From Obrimoposthia wandeli (Eukaryota): a stretch of 64,000 nt of DNA. The stretch is taken from assembly GCA_977020255.1 (NCBI GenBank), contig CDROCS010001811.1, positions 62,001 through 126,000 on the forward strand, read 5' to 3'. Below are positions 1 through 8,590 of this stretch, piece after piece. Below the pieces are notes generated by a model that saw nothing but the letters and a program-made list of their open reading frames with translations, had not been told where the DNA came from and did not search any database. The first letter of the stretch is position 1, and every line of letters starts with the position of its first letter. The position numbers were made by a program, and so were the translations under genes.

Positions 1-186
1 TTTGTATTGTTGCCGTGGCAACTACGGCACGTGTCAAGGTCACGTTTTTGTTTTAATAATCAATTTTTTGCGCAAAATTTAAAATTTTCAAAATGGCTTT
101 TTTGCGCAAAATTTAAAATTTTCAAAAAAAAAAAATTTCTTTAAATTTTCCAACAAAAAAAAAACTTGAAAATTTCAAACTAAAAA
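1..186. repeat. Left terminal inverted repeat (inner part)
   Basis: 3-186 is the reverse complement of ~12660-12922 (e.g. TGTATTGTTGCCGTGGCAACTACGGCACGTGTCAAGGTCACGTTTTTG). Confidence 0.93.
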
Positions 187-325
187 TTTTTTACAGAAAA
201 CAAAATTGTTTACAAAATATTTTATAGTTTAAAAATATAATTTTACACAGAACTTTTATACTTTAGAATTAAAATTTTACACATAATTTTTATACTTTAG
301 AAAAGACAAATTGGATACAATATCA

Positions 326-391
326 GCTATCAGTGTCCCCAGCAATTATTCGAATGTTGCAATTAAACTGACATATATATTTCTCTAATTG
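326..391 (-). repeat. 66-bp inverted copy of the pPolB GDTDS-coding segment
   Basis: Reverse complement matches 12076-12141 with only a few mismatches (QLEKYxCQFNCxIRIIAGDTDS). Confidence 0.85.
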
Positions 392-674
392 TTGCTGAAT
401 AATATGTCAATTGAATATAGATTTGATGTAAATGTAACCCTGGGAAAACTATTATGTGTGCATGTCTTAAAAATGGTAGGGTTAAATTATGTCATACTGT
501 ATAGAACGCACACTGTTGTTAGGATCAAAATATATATTTTCTGTAGGTTACGTCATAAGGTTAAAAAACATCAGTGTATTAAGATGTTCTTTTATTAATT
601 TTAAAATATGTATTTTTAGAATGTTATAAATTATTATAGTTTATAAATGAGAAAACAAATTAGAAAATAAACAT

Positions 675-1053
675 TTATTTACTAATCCCATCAAATATTT
701 TCCAAATAGGAGTCACTAATCCACTAGGTCCGATCTTGTATCCTTGTATCTTCATATTGATATTCCATTGTAATCCAGTTAGGCATTCAATTAATATTGA
801 TCCATCTATATTTCTGAAAATGGCTTCATCTCCTTTGATAATGAATTTGGGTTCTTGCAGACAATACTCACAATTAATTTTTTTAAGTATTTTATTTATC
901 AGCTTTAATAATATTGGAAATCAGGTAATTGAATTTCTGTTTTTCCACCGATACTGGATATCTGAAATTATAATGGATGGGGTTCTTGAGAAAATGCATC
1001 TCGTAACCATGAAAAGTATGAACACATTGATACAAATCGGTTATGGCTTGCAT
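675..1053 (-). pseudogene. Polinton accessory gene of unknown function (1-nt frameshift near 895), missed by the ORF track
   Basis: Hand translation: MQAITDLYQCVHTFHGYEMHFLKNPIHYNFRYPVSVEKQKFNYLISNIIKADK / KILKKINCEYCLQEPKFIIKGDEAIFRNIDGSILIECLTGLQWNINMKIQGYKIGPSGLVTPIWKIFDGISK*. It aligns with the ORFs at 28405, 39807-40191 and 54997. Confidence 0.75.
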
Positions 1054-1066
1054 TTTTATGAAAATT

Positions 1067-1625
1067 TATGAAATTTCTCATCGTTTATATATAAATCAAT
1101 GTAGATATTAACCAATGAGAGTTAAATGGTGTGTTTATAGAACATTAATAATTATTCAAAACAAATTATCTATAGAATATTCTAGTTAAATAATTATATA
1201 AATAATTATATGAAATTTCTCATCGTTTATATATAAATCAATGTAGATATTAACCAATGAGAGTTAAATGGTGTGTTTATAGAACATTAATAATTATTCA
1301 AAACAAATTATCTATAGAATATTCTAGTTAAATAATTATATAAATAATTATATGAAATTTCTCATCGTTTATATATAAATCAATGTAGATATTAACCAAT
1401 GAGAGTTAAATGGTGTGTTTATAGAACATTAATAATTATTCAAAACAAATTATCTATAGAATATTCTAGTTAAATAATTATATAAAAAAATATATGAAAT
1501 TTCTCATCGTTTATATATAAAATCAATGTAGATATTAACCAATGAGAGTTAAATGGTGTGTTTATAGAACATTATTAATTATTAAAAACAAATTATCTAT
1601 AGAATATTCTAGTTAAATAATTATA
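1067..1625. repeat. Tandem array, 142-bp unit, about 4 copies
   Basis: TATGAAATTTCTCATCG recurs at 1067, 1209, 1351 and 1493. Each unit contains a palindromic TTTATATATAAA and a CCAAT. Confidence 0.95.
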
Positions 1626-1718
1626 TTATATTTGTTTTATCGCATCAATGAATTAATTATCAAAAAACAAGTGTTTGTTTAATCGATTTTATCAGTAAAT
1701 CATAAATTTAAATTTAAT

Positions 1719-1904
1719 ATGGAAGAAACAATTCAAAGAAACAGGAACAGAATCCTGGATCTTGACTTATCCTTTGAAGAGAAGGTCCAGATGCTTCGGC
1801 CGTTTATGGTCAGAGAAGCTCTGGAGGTAGAGGAAATACCTGGGTTTGTGAGATTCAACCCAGGACATGTCCCTACATTTGATCTTGCTCCTCAGTGGAC
1901 TTGA
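1719..1904 (+). CDS. Small Polinton hypothetical protein (61 aa)
   Basis: ATG-initiated ORF inside the element with coding-like composition. No recognised motif. Confidence 0.45.
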   Translation: MEETIQRNRNRILDLDLSFEEKVQMLRPFMVREALEVEEIPGFVRFNPGHVPTFDLAPQWT

Positions 1905-2178
1905 TAGGTCTAACCCTAACCCTATGAGAATGAACAACGGCATATATTTAACATTTGTAAAGTATATTCATTTTATAAATATTTAGTTTTCATTTAACCT
2001 ATTTTAATTAATATTTATCATAATTATGAATATCTAAACTATATAAGTTGTAATTAATAGTCTAAAAATTGAATACATTTTTTGTAAATAGTTGTCAAAA
2101 GTTTAAATATATTTTTTCAAATTATAAGCTGTTAATAAATATTTTTAAATGTTTCTGCATAATATAAAATTGGTTAAC

Positions 2179-2659
2179 ATGAATTATAAGGGAAAGGTTT
2201 TAAGTTCCACCAAGGACTTACCTTTTCGCAAATCAAAACCCCAACAATATCGTCTCAAGTGTCTAGATTATACTATAATACTCTTTAAATCTGGTAAATT
2301 ATTTTATTAGAAAATATTAATATTTTTAAGGCTCCTGTCGAGTAATGGGTTGTAAAAAAGTGTTAGATGAAAGCACTTTACCATTTAATATAAAAATCGA
2401 AAGAATTCAATCAATTACTGTTAGTGTTGACTTGGAACATTGGATAAATCTTAACAATATGAGTGAAAATATGGGAATTGATGCAGTTTATGAACCAGAA
2501 ATATTTCCCGGACTTCGTTGTATTAAGTATAATCCGCTTTGTGTAAACATTTTTGCTAGTGGGAAAGTTATGATTTTAGGTTTAAAGACTCTAGATTATG
2601 AATTTCTGGTTGAAGTTATTTTGTATAATATATCTCTGTTCACTTGTATTTTTCTTTAG
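2179..2659 (+). CDS. TATA-binding-protein-like protein, spliced (2179-2293, 2331-2659; 147 aa)
   Basis: Repeat 2 reads YEPEIFPGLRCIKYNPLCVNIFASGKVMILGLK, resembling TBP YEPELFPGL...LIFVSGKVVLTGAK. Removing a 37-nt GT-AG intron joins repeat 1 in frame (IILFKSG|SCRVMGCK, resembling LIFSSGKMVCTGAK). Confidence 0.85.
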
Positions 2660-2717
2660 TTTAGTAATAAATTATTTTATCTTATAAACATTATTCCTTA
2701 TCATTCATTTATTTATT

Positions 2718-3365
2718 ATGGAATTGAAAAACAATGCCGTTTTTCAAATTGTAGGACCAAGTGGAAGTGGGAAAACCCATTTTATTTGTAAATTACTTCA
2801 AAATAATAAATATTTTAAATCAAAATTCAATAAGATATATTGGCATCAGGGTGGAGATGGGGAAGCTGGTTTAACTAGTATTGAGTTTAAGAAAATTAAA
2901 AATATTAAAGTCATTAAGGGATTTGATGAAAATTGGTCTGATCGATTACAACGTCATGATGTTATTGTTATTGATGATTTGTATCAGGAAGCCAATAAAG
3001 AGAGTGATTTCAATAATTTATTCACGAAAATAGCAAGACATCGAGAGGTTACTGTTATTTTCATTACACAGAACTTATTTCACCAGGGCGGTAATCATAG
3101 AACTCGTAATTTGAATGTACATTATCTTGTTTTATTCAAGAATCCTCGTGATCAGACAGTAGTTGATTTTGTTTCAAGGTAAGCTTACCCGAATAACAGA
3201 AATTTCCTAATTGATTCATTTCAAGATGCTACGAATCTTCCTCACGGGTACATTTTCATTGATTTTACTCAAGAGTGTCCTGATGAATTAAGAGTTAGAA
3301 CGGATATATTTAATTCAGGAGGTATTTCCGTCTTTAAACAATTGAAAAACCAAGTATCTCGATAA
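2718..3365 (+). pseudogene. A32-like packaging ATPase with an in-frame stop at 3180-3182
   Basis: Walker A GPSGSGKT, Walker B VIVIDD, KIARH and ITQN motifs. Homologous frame continues past the TAA (AYPNNRNFLIDSFQDATNLPHGYIFIDFTQECPDELRVRTDIF) to 3365. Confidence 0.9.
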
Positions 3366-3763
3366 TGCATTTTAAAAAGGAAATTATTAAACCTGAAGTT
3401 AAGAGATTGATCAAGTCGGTTGTAACCGAAAGAAAAATGGTGAATACGAACTCAAGAAGTATTCCTTATTTGAATTCTCTTATGAGAGCACCATCTATTC
3501 GTAGACCGGCTATTCTTAAATCGTTTCCAACTTTTGTAATTGACGATATTCTAAATATGGTTCATAAAATAGTTTCAGGTAAAGTCCCTGTTAAATCGAA
3601 ATTGAATCGACATAAAAAGCTTCTTCTTGCTATGTTTCAAGCTAAAACAAAAGCCGGTAAACGTAAGTTACTGTATAAGCAAAGTGGAGGATTTCTTGGT
3701 TTTCTAGTTCCGATAATTAGTTCTATTGTCGGTGCACTCGCTGGAAAACTAATAAATCGATGA
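3365..3763 (+). CDS. Polinton conserved basic protein (PW-like) with C-terminal QSGGFLG plus hydrophobic helix
   Basis: Basic 132-aa ORF ending KQSGGFLGFLVPIISSIVGALAGK, a pattern typical of Polinton virion core/membrane-active proteins. Confidence 0.7.
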   Translation: MHFKKEIIKPEVKRLIKSVVTERKMVNTNSRSIPYLNSLMRAPSIRRPAILKSFPTFVIDDILNMVHKIVSGKVPVKSKLNRHKKLLLAMFQAKTKAGKRKLLYKQSGGFLGFLVPIISSIVGALAGKLINR

Positions 3764-3859
3764 TTATAAACATAGATTTCAGGTTAAAAATAATATTTTA
3801 TATGGGATCACTTTCATCAATACCTAAATTCAATATAAAAATCATATCGTCTTGTTGTA

Positions 3860-4888
3860 ATGGAGAAAATATGGTTCGACCCAAGTCATCCCGTTGGTTA
3901 CACAGGAGTTTCTAAATTGGCAAAAGAGGTAAAGAAAGGGAAAAAGGAAACTCGGGAGTGGTTGTCAAATCAATTAGCATACAGCTTAAACAAACCAATG
4001 AGACGCCGATTCCCGACGAGATCATACAAGACGAGCGGACCAAATGATTTATGGCAAGCTGATTTGATGGAGATGATTCCATATGCAAGTATTAACGATG
4101 GATACAAGTATATTTTAACTTGTGTTGATGTTTTCAGTAGGTTCGCTAGAGCTATTCCCCTAAAGTCTAAATCCGGTACAGATGTTTTAGAAGCCATGAA
4201 GCAATTACTAAAAGAAATAAAACCAACAAATTTTCAAACTGATAGTGGAAAGGAATTTTATAATAAACATGTTATTGCATTATTGAATAAACAGGAAATA
4301 AATCATTATTCTGTGTTTTCTCAATATAAAGCTGCTCTAGTTGAGAGATTTAATCGGACGTTGAGAGAACGTTTGAAAAAGTATTTCACTAAAGTCGGGA
4401 ATAAGACATGGATCACCGTTTTGCCTAAAATTATACATGCATATAATCACAGTGAGCACTCATCATTGGACGGTAAGAGACCGGTAGACATTTCCGATGA
4501 AAATGCTATGGAAATATGGCAACAACGAAATCAGCGTATAGTTGTAAAGAAACCGAAATATAAGATTGGAGATTATGTGCGAATTTCCCAAATAAGTACT
4601 ACTCCTTTTATAAAGAATTTCAAAGAGAATTGGAGTGATGAGGTTTTCCAAATAACTAAAATTGATTCCAAACATGTTCCGGTAATGTACTTTATTGAGG
4701 ATGAAACCAATAATGAAATTGCTGGAAAGTTTTATCATGAAGAACTACAAGTATTACCATCAAAACCTAGAGTATACAGAATTCAAGAAATCTTAGAAAC
4801 AAAGGGTCGTGGAAAGCATAAACAATACCTAGTTAAGTGGCACGGATATAGTGAACCTAGTTGGATATTAGCTTCTCAAATAGAATGA
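3860..4888 (+). CDS. Polinton retroviral-like integrase with C-terminal chromodomain
   Basis: DDE motifs WQADL, QTDSGKEF and LVERFNRTL. C-terminal YLVKWHGYSEPSW chromodomain. ORF is intact. Confidence 0.95.
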   Translation: MEKIWFDPSHPVGYTGVSKLAKEVKKGKKETREWLSNQLAYSLNKPMRRRFPTRSYKTSGPNDLWQADLMEMIPYASINDGYKYILTCVDVFSRFARAIPLKSKSGTDVLEAMKQLLKEIKPTNFQTDSGKEFYNKHVIALLNKQEINHYSVFSQYKAALVERFNRTLRERLKKYFTKVGNKTWITVLPKIIHAYNHSEHSSLDGKRPVDISDENAMEIWQQRNQRIVVKKPKYKIGDYVRISQISTTPFIKNFKENWSDEVFQITKIDSKHVPVMYFIEDETNNEIAGKFYHEELQVLPSKPRVYRIQEILETKGRGKHKQYLVKWHGYSEPSWILASQIE

Positions 4889-5913
4889 GTTCAATGTATA
4901 TTGTTTTACCAAGTAATGGGTGTCCATTAACTCAACCTGATAATACAGCAAGTCAATTTAGTATTGATTAGCAGAGCACAATAAATTTACCTGGGCATTG
5001 GGAAGCTGCTCTGACGGAATTTTCATTTAATTATTCTCCTTTATCCATTAAAGGAGGGTCAATGATAGATTATGTTGCTCGGAAAACAATAAAAACTGAA
5101 GTTGAAGCTGGTGTGAAAATGAAACATGGAGAATTTTTCGTCAAGTATATAACTCCAATTAATAGTAAATATGTTATTTACCTTAGCGGCGAAAACAAAA
5201 TACGTATAACTTGCACTATAGGACAAGCTTTCAATTTAGAAATTGATAATAAAAGTTTAGCATTAAGTTACGGTATGAAAGAAGCTGCTATTGAAAGTTT
5301 GTTTTATGAATCGGAATTACCAAATCAAATATATGATTTACCGACTTTAAAGATAAAGATGCATCATTATAATCAAGAGGATGTACGTGAGCAGTATGCA
5401 TTCGAAAATGATTGCTTATTTTCCAATGTTGAAAGTCTTTGTCAATATTTCATGAAAAATATTGATAATATATTTGAAAGCTTTTATGTTAAAAAGGAGA
5501 TAATTGAGTTTAAATTGAAACCACATGTAAAAGAAATAAATATGGATAAAAATTTAGCTACAATTATTGGATTCAATGAAAACAGTTTTAAAAATCTTAA
5601 TAAAGTTTTCCGAGCATCTAATCGGGCAAAGCTAAGTAATGCATATAATCAGATTTATATTTACACAAGTATTACTGAACCGATATTTGTGGGTGGAAAT
5701 AAGCTTCCATTAATAAAATCTATTTGGGTTCAACAGGAAAAGCACAAGTATGGAGATATTATACATATTCCAATTGACAATCCAATGTATATTCCAGTAA
5801 GCTCTAGCTTTATAAACAACATTGAAGTTAACATTCGAGATGATTCTGGAAGATTAATTAAATTTTCATTTGGAGCTAAAACAAGTTTAACAATACATTT
5901 TAGAAAAATATGA
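4885..5913 (+). pseudogene. Minor capsid protein (penton, PX) with an in-frame TAG at 4969-4971
   Basis: ATG 4885 gives MSSMYIVLPSNGCPLTQPDNTASQFSID*QSTINLPGHWEAALTEF, the typical penton N-terminus, in frame with ORF 5062-5913. C-terminus IEVNIRDDSG...LTIHFRK. Confidence 0.85.
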
Positions 5914-6263
5914 TTGATTCAAGTATAATTAATGCATATAGTAAACCAATGCAAGGAGGTGATTTACCTTATTTTGCTGGAAAACAGTATGGATCAGGAT
6001 GGATGAAAGTTTTTGGTCGCTTTGCTTTCCCTCTACTAAAACAACTTGGGAAATTTATTGCTAAAGTTGGATCAAATTACTTATCAGGAGACGAAAAATT
6101 TCTTCCCACACTCAAAAAATCGGCTCTGGACGAGGTAGATGAAATTTATCCTAGTCTTGCAAAACTTTTGAGAAAACAAAAAGGAAGTGGATATAAACGT
6201 AAGAAAATCACTAAAACATCTGGTATAAACAAGCGTTTAAAAGGTACAATATTCACGAAATGA
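5910..6263 (+). CDS. Polinton basic core-protein-like ORF (117 aa)
   Basis: Lies between penton and MCP. Contains MQGG, QYGSGW and QKGSG motifs, an amphipathic helix and a basic C-terminus. Confidence 0.7.
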   Translation: MIDSSIINAYSKPMQGGDLPYFAGKQYGSGWMKVFGRFAFPLLKQLGKFIAKVGSNYLSGDEKFLPTLKKSALDEVDEIYPSLAKLLRKQKGSGYKRKKITKTSGINKRLKGTIFTK

Positions 6264-7485
6264 GTTGTGCTAAAACCGAATTGTGTATTTTTGACAAACC
6301 ACTGCCTCAGGTAGTAGTTGATAGTGCTAATTTTGAGGAAATATTTCCAACAAATACCGTCAGTGGAACTTCTTCTCCGGATTTGGAATTCAATATAAAT
6401 GGATCGAATTCTCAATATCTTGATTTGAATGATAGTCTACTTCTTGTGAAATTGAAGGTTACAAATCAAGGAGGTGCTAAACTAGAATATGATTTGGAAA
6501 TCAAAGCGGCCAATTTCATGTTTCATACGTTATTTAAGGATGTGATTCTCAGTTTCAATAATGTTAAGGTCGAAGGAAATAATACAAGTTATACGCATAA
6601 ATCAATGATTGAAACATTACTGAATTACGGAAATGATACGAAATTGATTAATCTTGATGCTATTGGATTTGATGATGACGAAGAAAACAGAAAAGCTTGG
6701 ATTGAAAAGTCTAAGGTTTTGTCACTATGTGGAAGTCTTCATTTGGATTTCTTTAAGCAGCCAAAGTATCTTTTGCCTGGAATAAATGTCCATATTAGAA
6801 TGAAGAGAAACCCGGTAGGTTTCAGTATTGTTTGCGCTGAAACAATTACTCCTGCAATTGAGATTACAGAAGCAAAGTTGCTGGTTCGTAGAGTAAAGGT
6901 TGAACCGTCAGTACTTATCGCTCATCGCATGGGGCTTGAGAAGCAAAATGCATGTTATCCCATAAGAAAAACTAATCTTGTTTCTCATGCAATTATGGAG
7001 CGCTTTCTTATTACAAGGACCAGATTTTCGGTGACATGCAGCTCCCGAACTTTGTTTTAATTGCTTTCCAGAACACATCGACCTATGGAGGAAGCTCTAA
7101 AAGGGAAGTTTCTGAATTTGGTCATATGCATGTGAACTCAATAAAACTTGCACGTAATATTGATTATCAGGAAACTTACTCTAATGACTTTGAAAACGAT
7201 GATTATGTGTTTTCTTATGTGCAATCTCTAATTAGAAATCTTGGTCATTTGGATAAAGATTCTAATGTCGGTATTTCATTGCAAGATTTCAAAGACAAGT
7301 ATACACTATTCACATTTGTTCTTTCTCCGGATTTCGACATTACCCAAGCTCAAATTCCTAAACAGGGAAATTTGAAAGTAGAAATCAAGTTTACCAAAGC
7401 ACTTAAAAATCCAACTAATATCATAATCTATGGAGTATTTGATTCTGAAATCCAAATCACTAAGGGTGGAACTGTACTTGTATAA
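6260..7485 (+). pseudogene. Double jelly-roll major capsid protein (PY), frameshifted near 6990
   Basis: N-terminus CAKTELCIFDKPLPQ...LEFNING...YLDLNDSLL. The reading continues in the other frame as YGALSYYKDQIFGDMQLPNFVLIAFQ into ORF 7036-7485 (ends YGVFDSEIQI). Confidence 0.9.
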
Positions 7486-7516
7486 ACAGAAAATGATTCA
7501 AAATCAATTAAAAAAA

Positions 7517-7895
7517 ATGAAGTAAGCCTCTTTTGTTGTATTAATTAATATATAATTTTAGTTCCGACGAGATATTAATAAGCGGCAAAAAACTACTCGG
7601 ATCGCGTTTCAATGGAGTCTTCAGTCTTGATCGTATCCCACCATTGACTCGTCTAGGTGGATATGTAATCAATACACATTCCTCTAATTTACGAGGTGAA
7701 CATTGGATTGCAATACATGTTGAGAAAAAAGAAATATTTGTTTTTGATCCTCTTGGGTTATATTATCCATCTAAATTAACATCAAAAGTACTTGATTCTA
7801 ATAAAAAGGTTTATTTCAATAAAGTACATGTTCAAAACATTTTAACAAGATCATGTGGTCAGCTATGCCTATTATGGCTGACATTGAAAGCATAA
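7517..7895 (+). CDS. Adenain-like cysteine protease, spliced (7517-7521, 7562-7895; upstream in-frame ATG at 7493)
   Basis: Catalytic H (GEHW), D (FDP) and Q/C (QNILTRSCG). Removing a 40-nt GTAAGC...TTTTAG intron gives MN|SDEILISGKKLLGSRFNGVFSLDRIPPL in frame. Confidence 0.9.
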
Positions 7896-7924
7896 ACAAG
7901 TAGAAGCAATAAATATTTATTATC

Positions 7925-8419
7925 ATGGGTACTTGGTTTATTGATTTTGAGGCATTCAAAGAAAATAATGCATTTGTAATAAAGGAATTATGTATAATGA
8001 ATGTAGATAATATTTTACATCCATGGCATTATGCATTTAAAATGAAATCTATTTGGAATTCAATGAGTCGTAAATCAAGAAAAATCAATAGATATTTAGT
8101 TAATCATTATCATAAATTGAACTTAACTGATGGGAATTGTTATTTTAATATAGTTGAAATTAATAATGAAATCAAAAGTATGTGTGATGTTTCAAAGGCA
8201 ATATTCTATATTTTAGATGAACATGATGGAGAAAAAGTAAAAACCATAAGAAAATATTTCCCAGAATTACAAATATTTAATTACTCTAGAACATTTAGAC
8301 AGTTAGATCTTATTCCTTTTAATATTAAATGTCCATTTAAAGAACATGGAATGCATTGTGCATATAAGAAATGTCTAAGTTTAAGTTTGGATTTCTTAAT
8401 TTCGAATCGGCAATGTTAA
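7925..8419 (+). CDS. Polinton accessory protein, DnaQ/DEDD-exonuclease-like N-terminus
   Basis: FIDFEAF...VIKELC N-terminus and C-terminal CPFKEHGMHCAYKKC. A decayed homolog lies at 27690-28140. Confidence 0.65.
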   Translation: MGTWFIDFEAFKENNAFVIKELCIMNVDNILHPWHYAFKMKSIWNSMSRKSRKINRYLVNHYHKLNLTDGNCYFNIVEINNEIKSMCDVSKAIFYILDEHDGEKVKTIRKYFPELQIFNYSRTFRQLDLIPFNIKCPFKEHGMHCAYKKCLSLSLDFLISNRQC

Positions 8420-8537
8420 CCTTACGATTATGTCATGCATGTTTTTGTCAACTGCTGTATGTTATGTAATACAAGCAGCTTGAATTATGATAGAGGTTAA
8501 TTGCTTGTATGTAAAATAACACACATCGTCTTTTTAG

Positions 8538-8568
8538 TATATAAGATTCGACAAATTAGAAATCAGTT
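8538..8568 (+). promoter_or_regulatory. TATA box plus TCAGTT initiator of pPolB
   Basis: TATATAAG at 8538 and TCAGTT at 8563, about 25 nt apart, just upstream of ATG 8591. The same TTTAGTATATAAG context recurs at 28221-28233. Confidence 0.6.
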
Positions 8569-8590
8569 CTTCTACAAACAAACTTAGAAA

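Noticed and set aside
389-598. 69-aa ORF in the left arm
   Set aside because: No recognisable motif; AT-rich sequence adjacent to the inverted pPolB fragment.
3179-3199. Possible 21-nt intron GTAAGC...AACAG removing the ATPase stop in frame
   Set aside because: Much shorter than the other introns, and it would delete the conserved R-Q-x-YP segment. A CAA>TAA nonsense change is simpler. RNA-seq would settle it.
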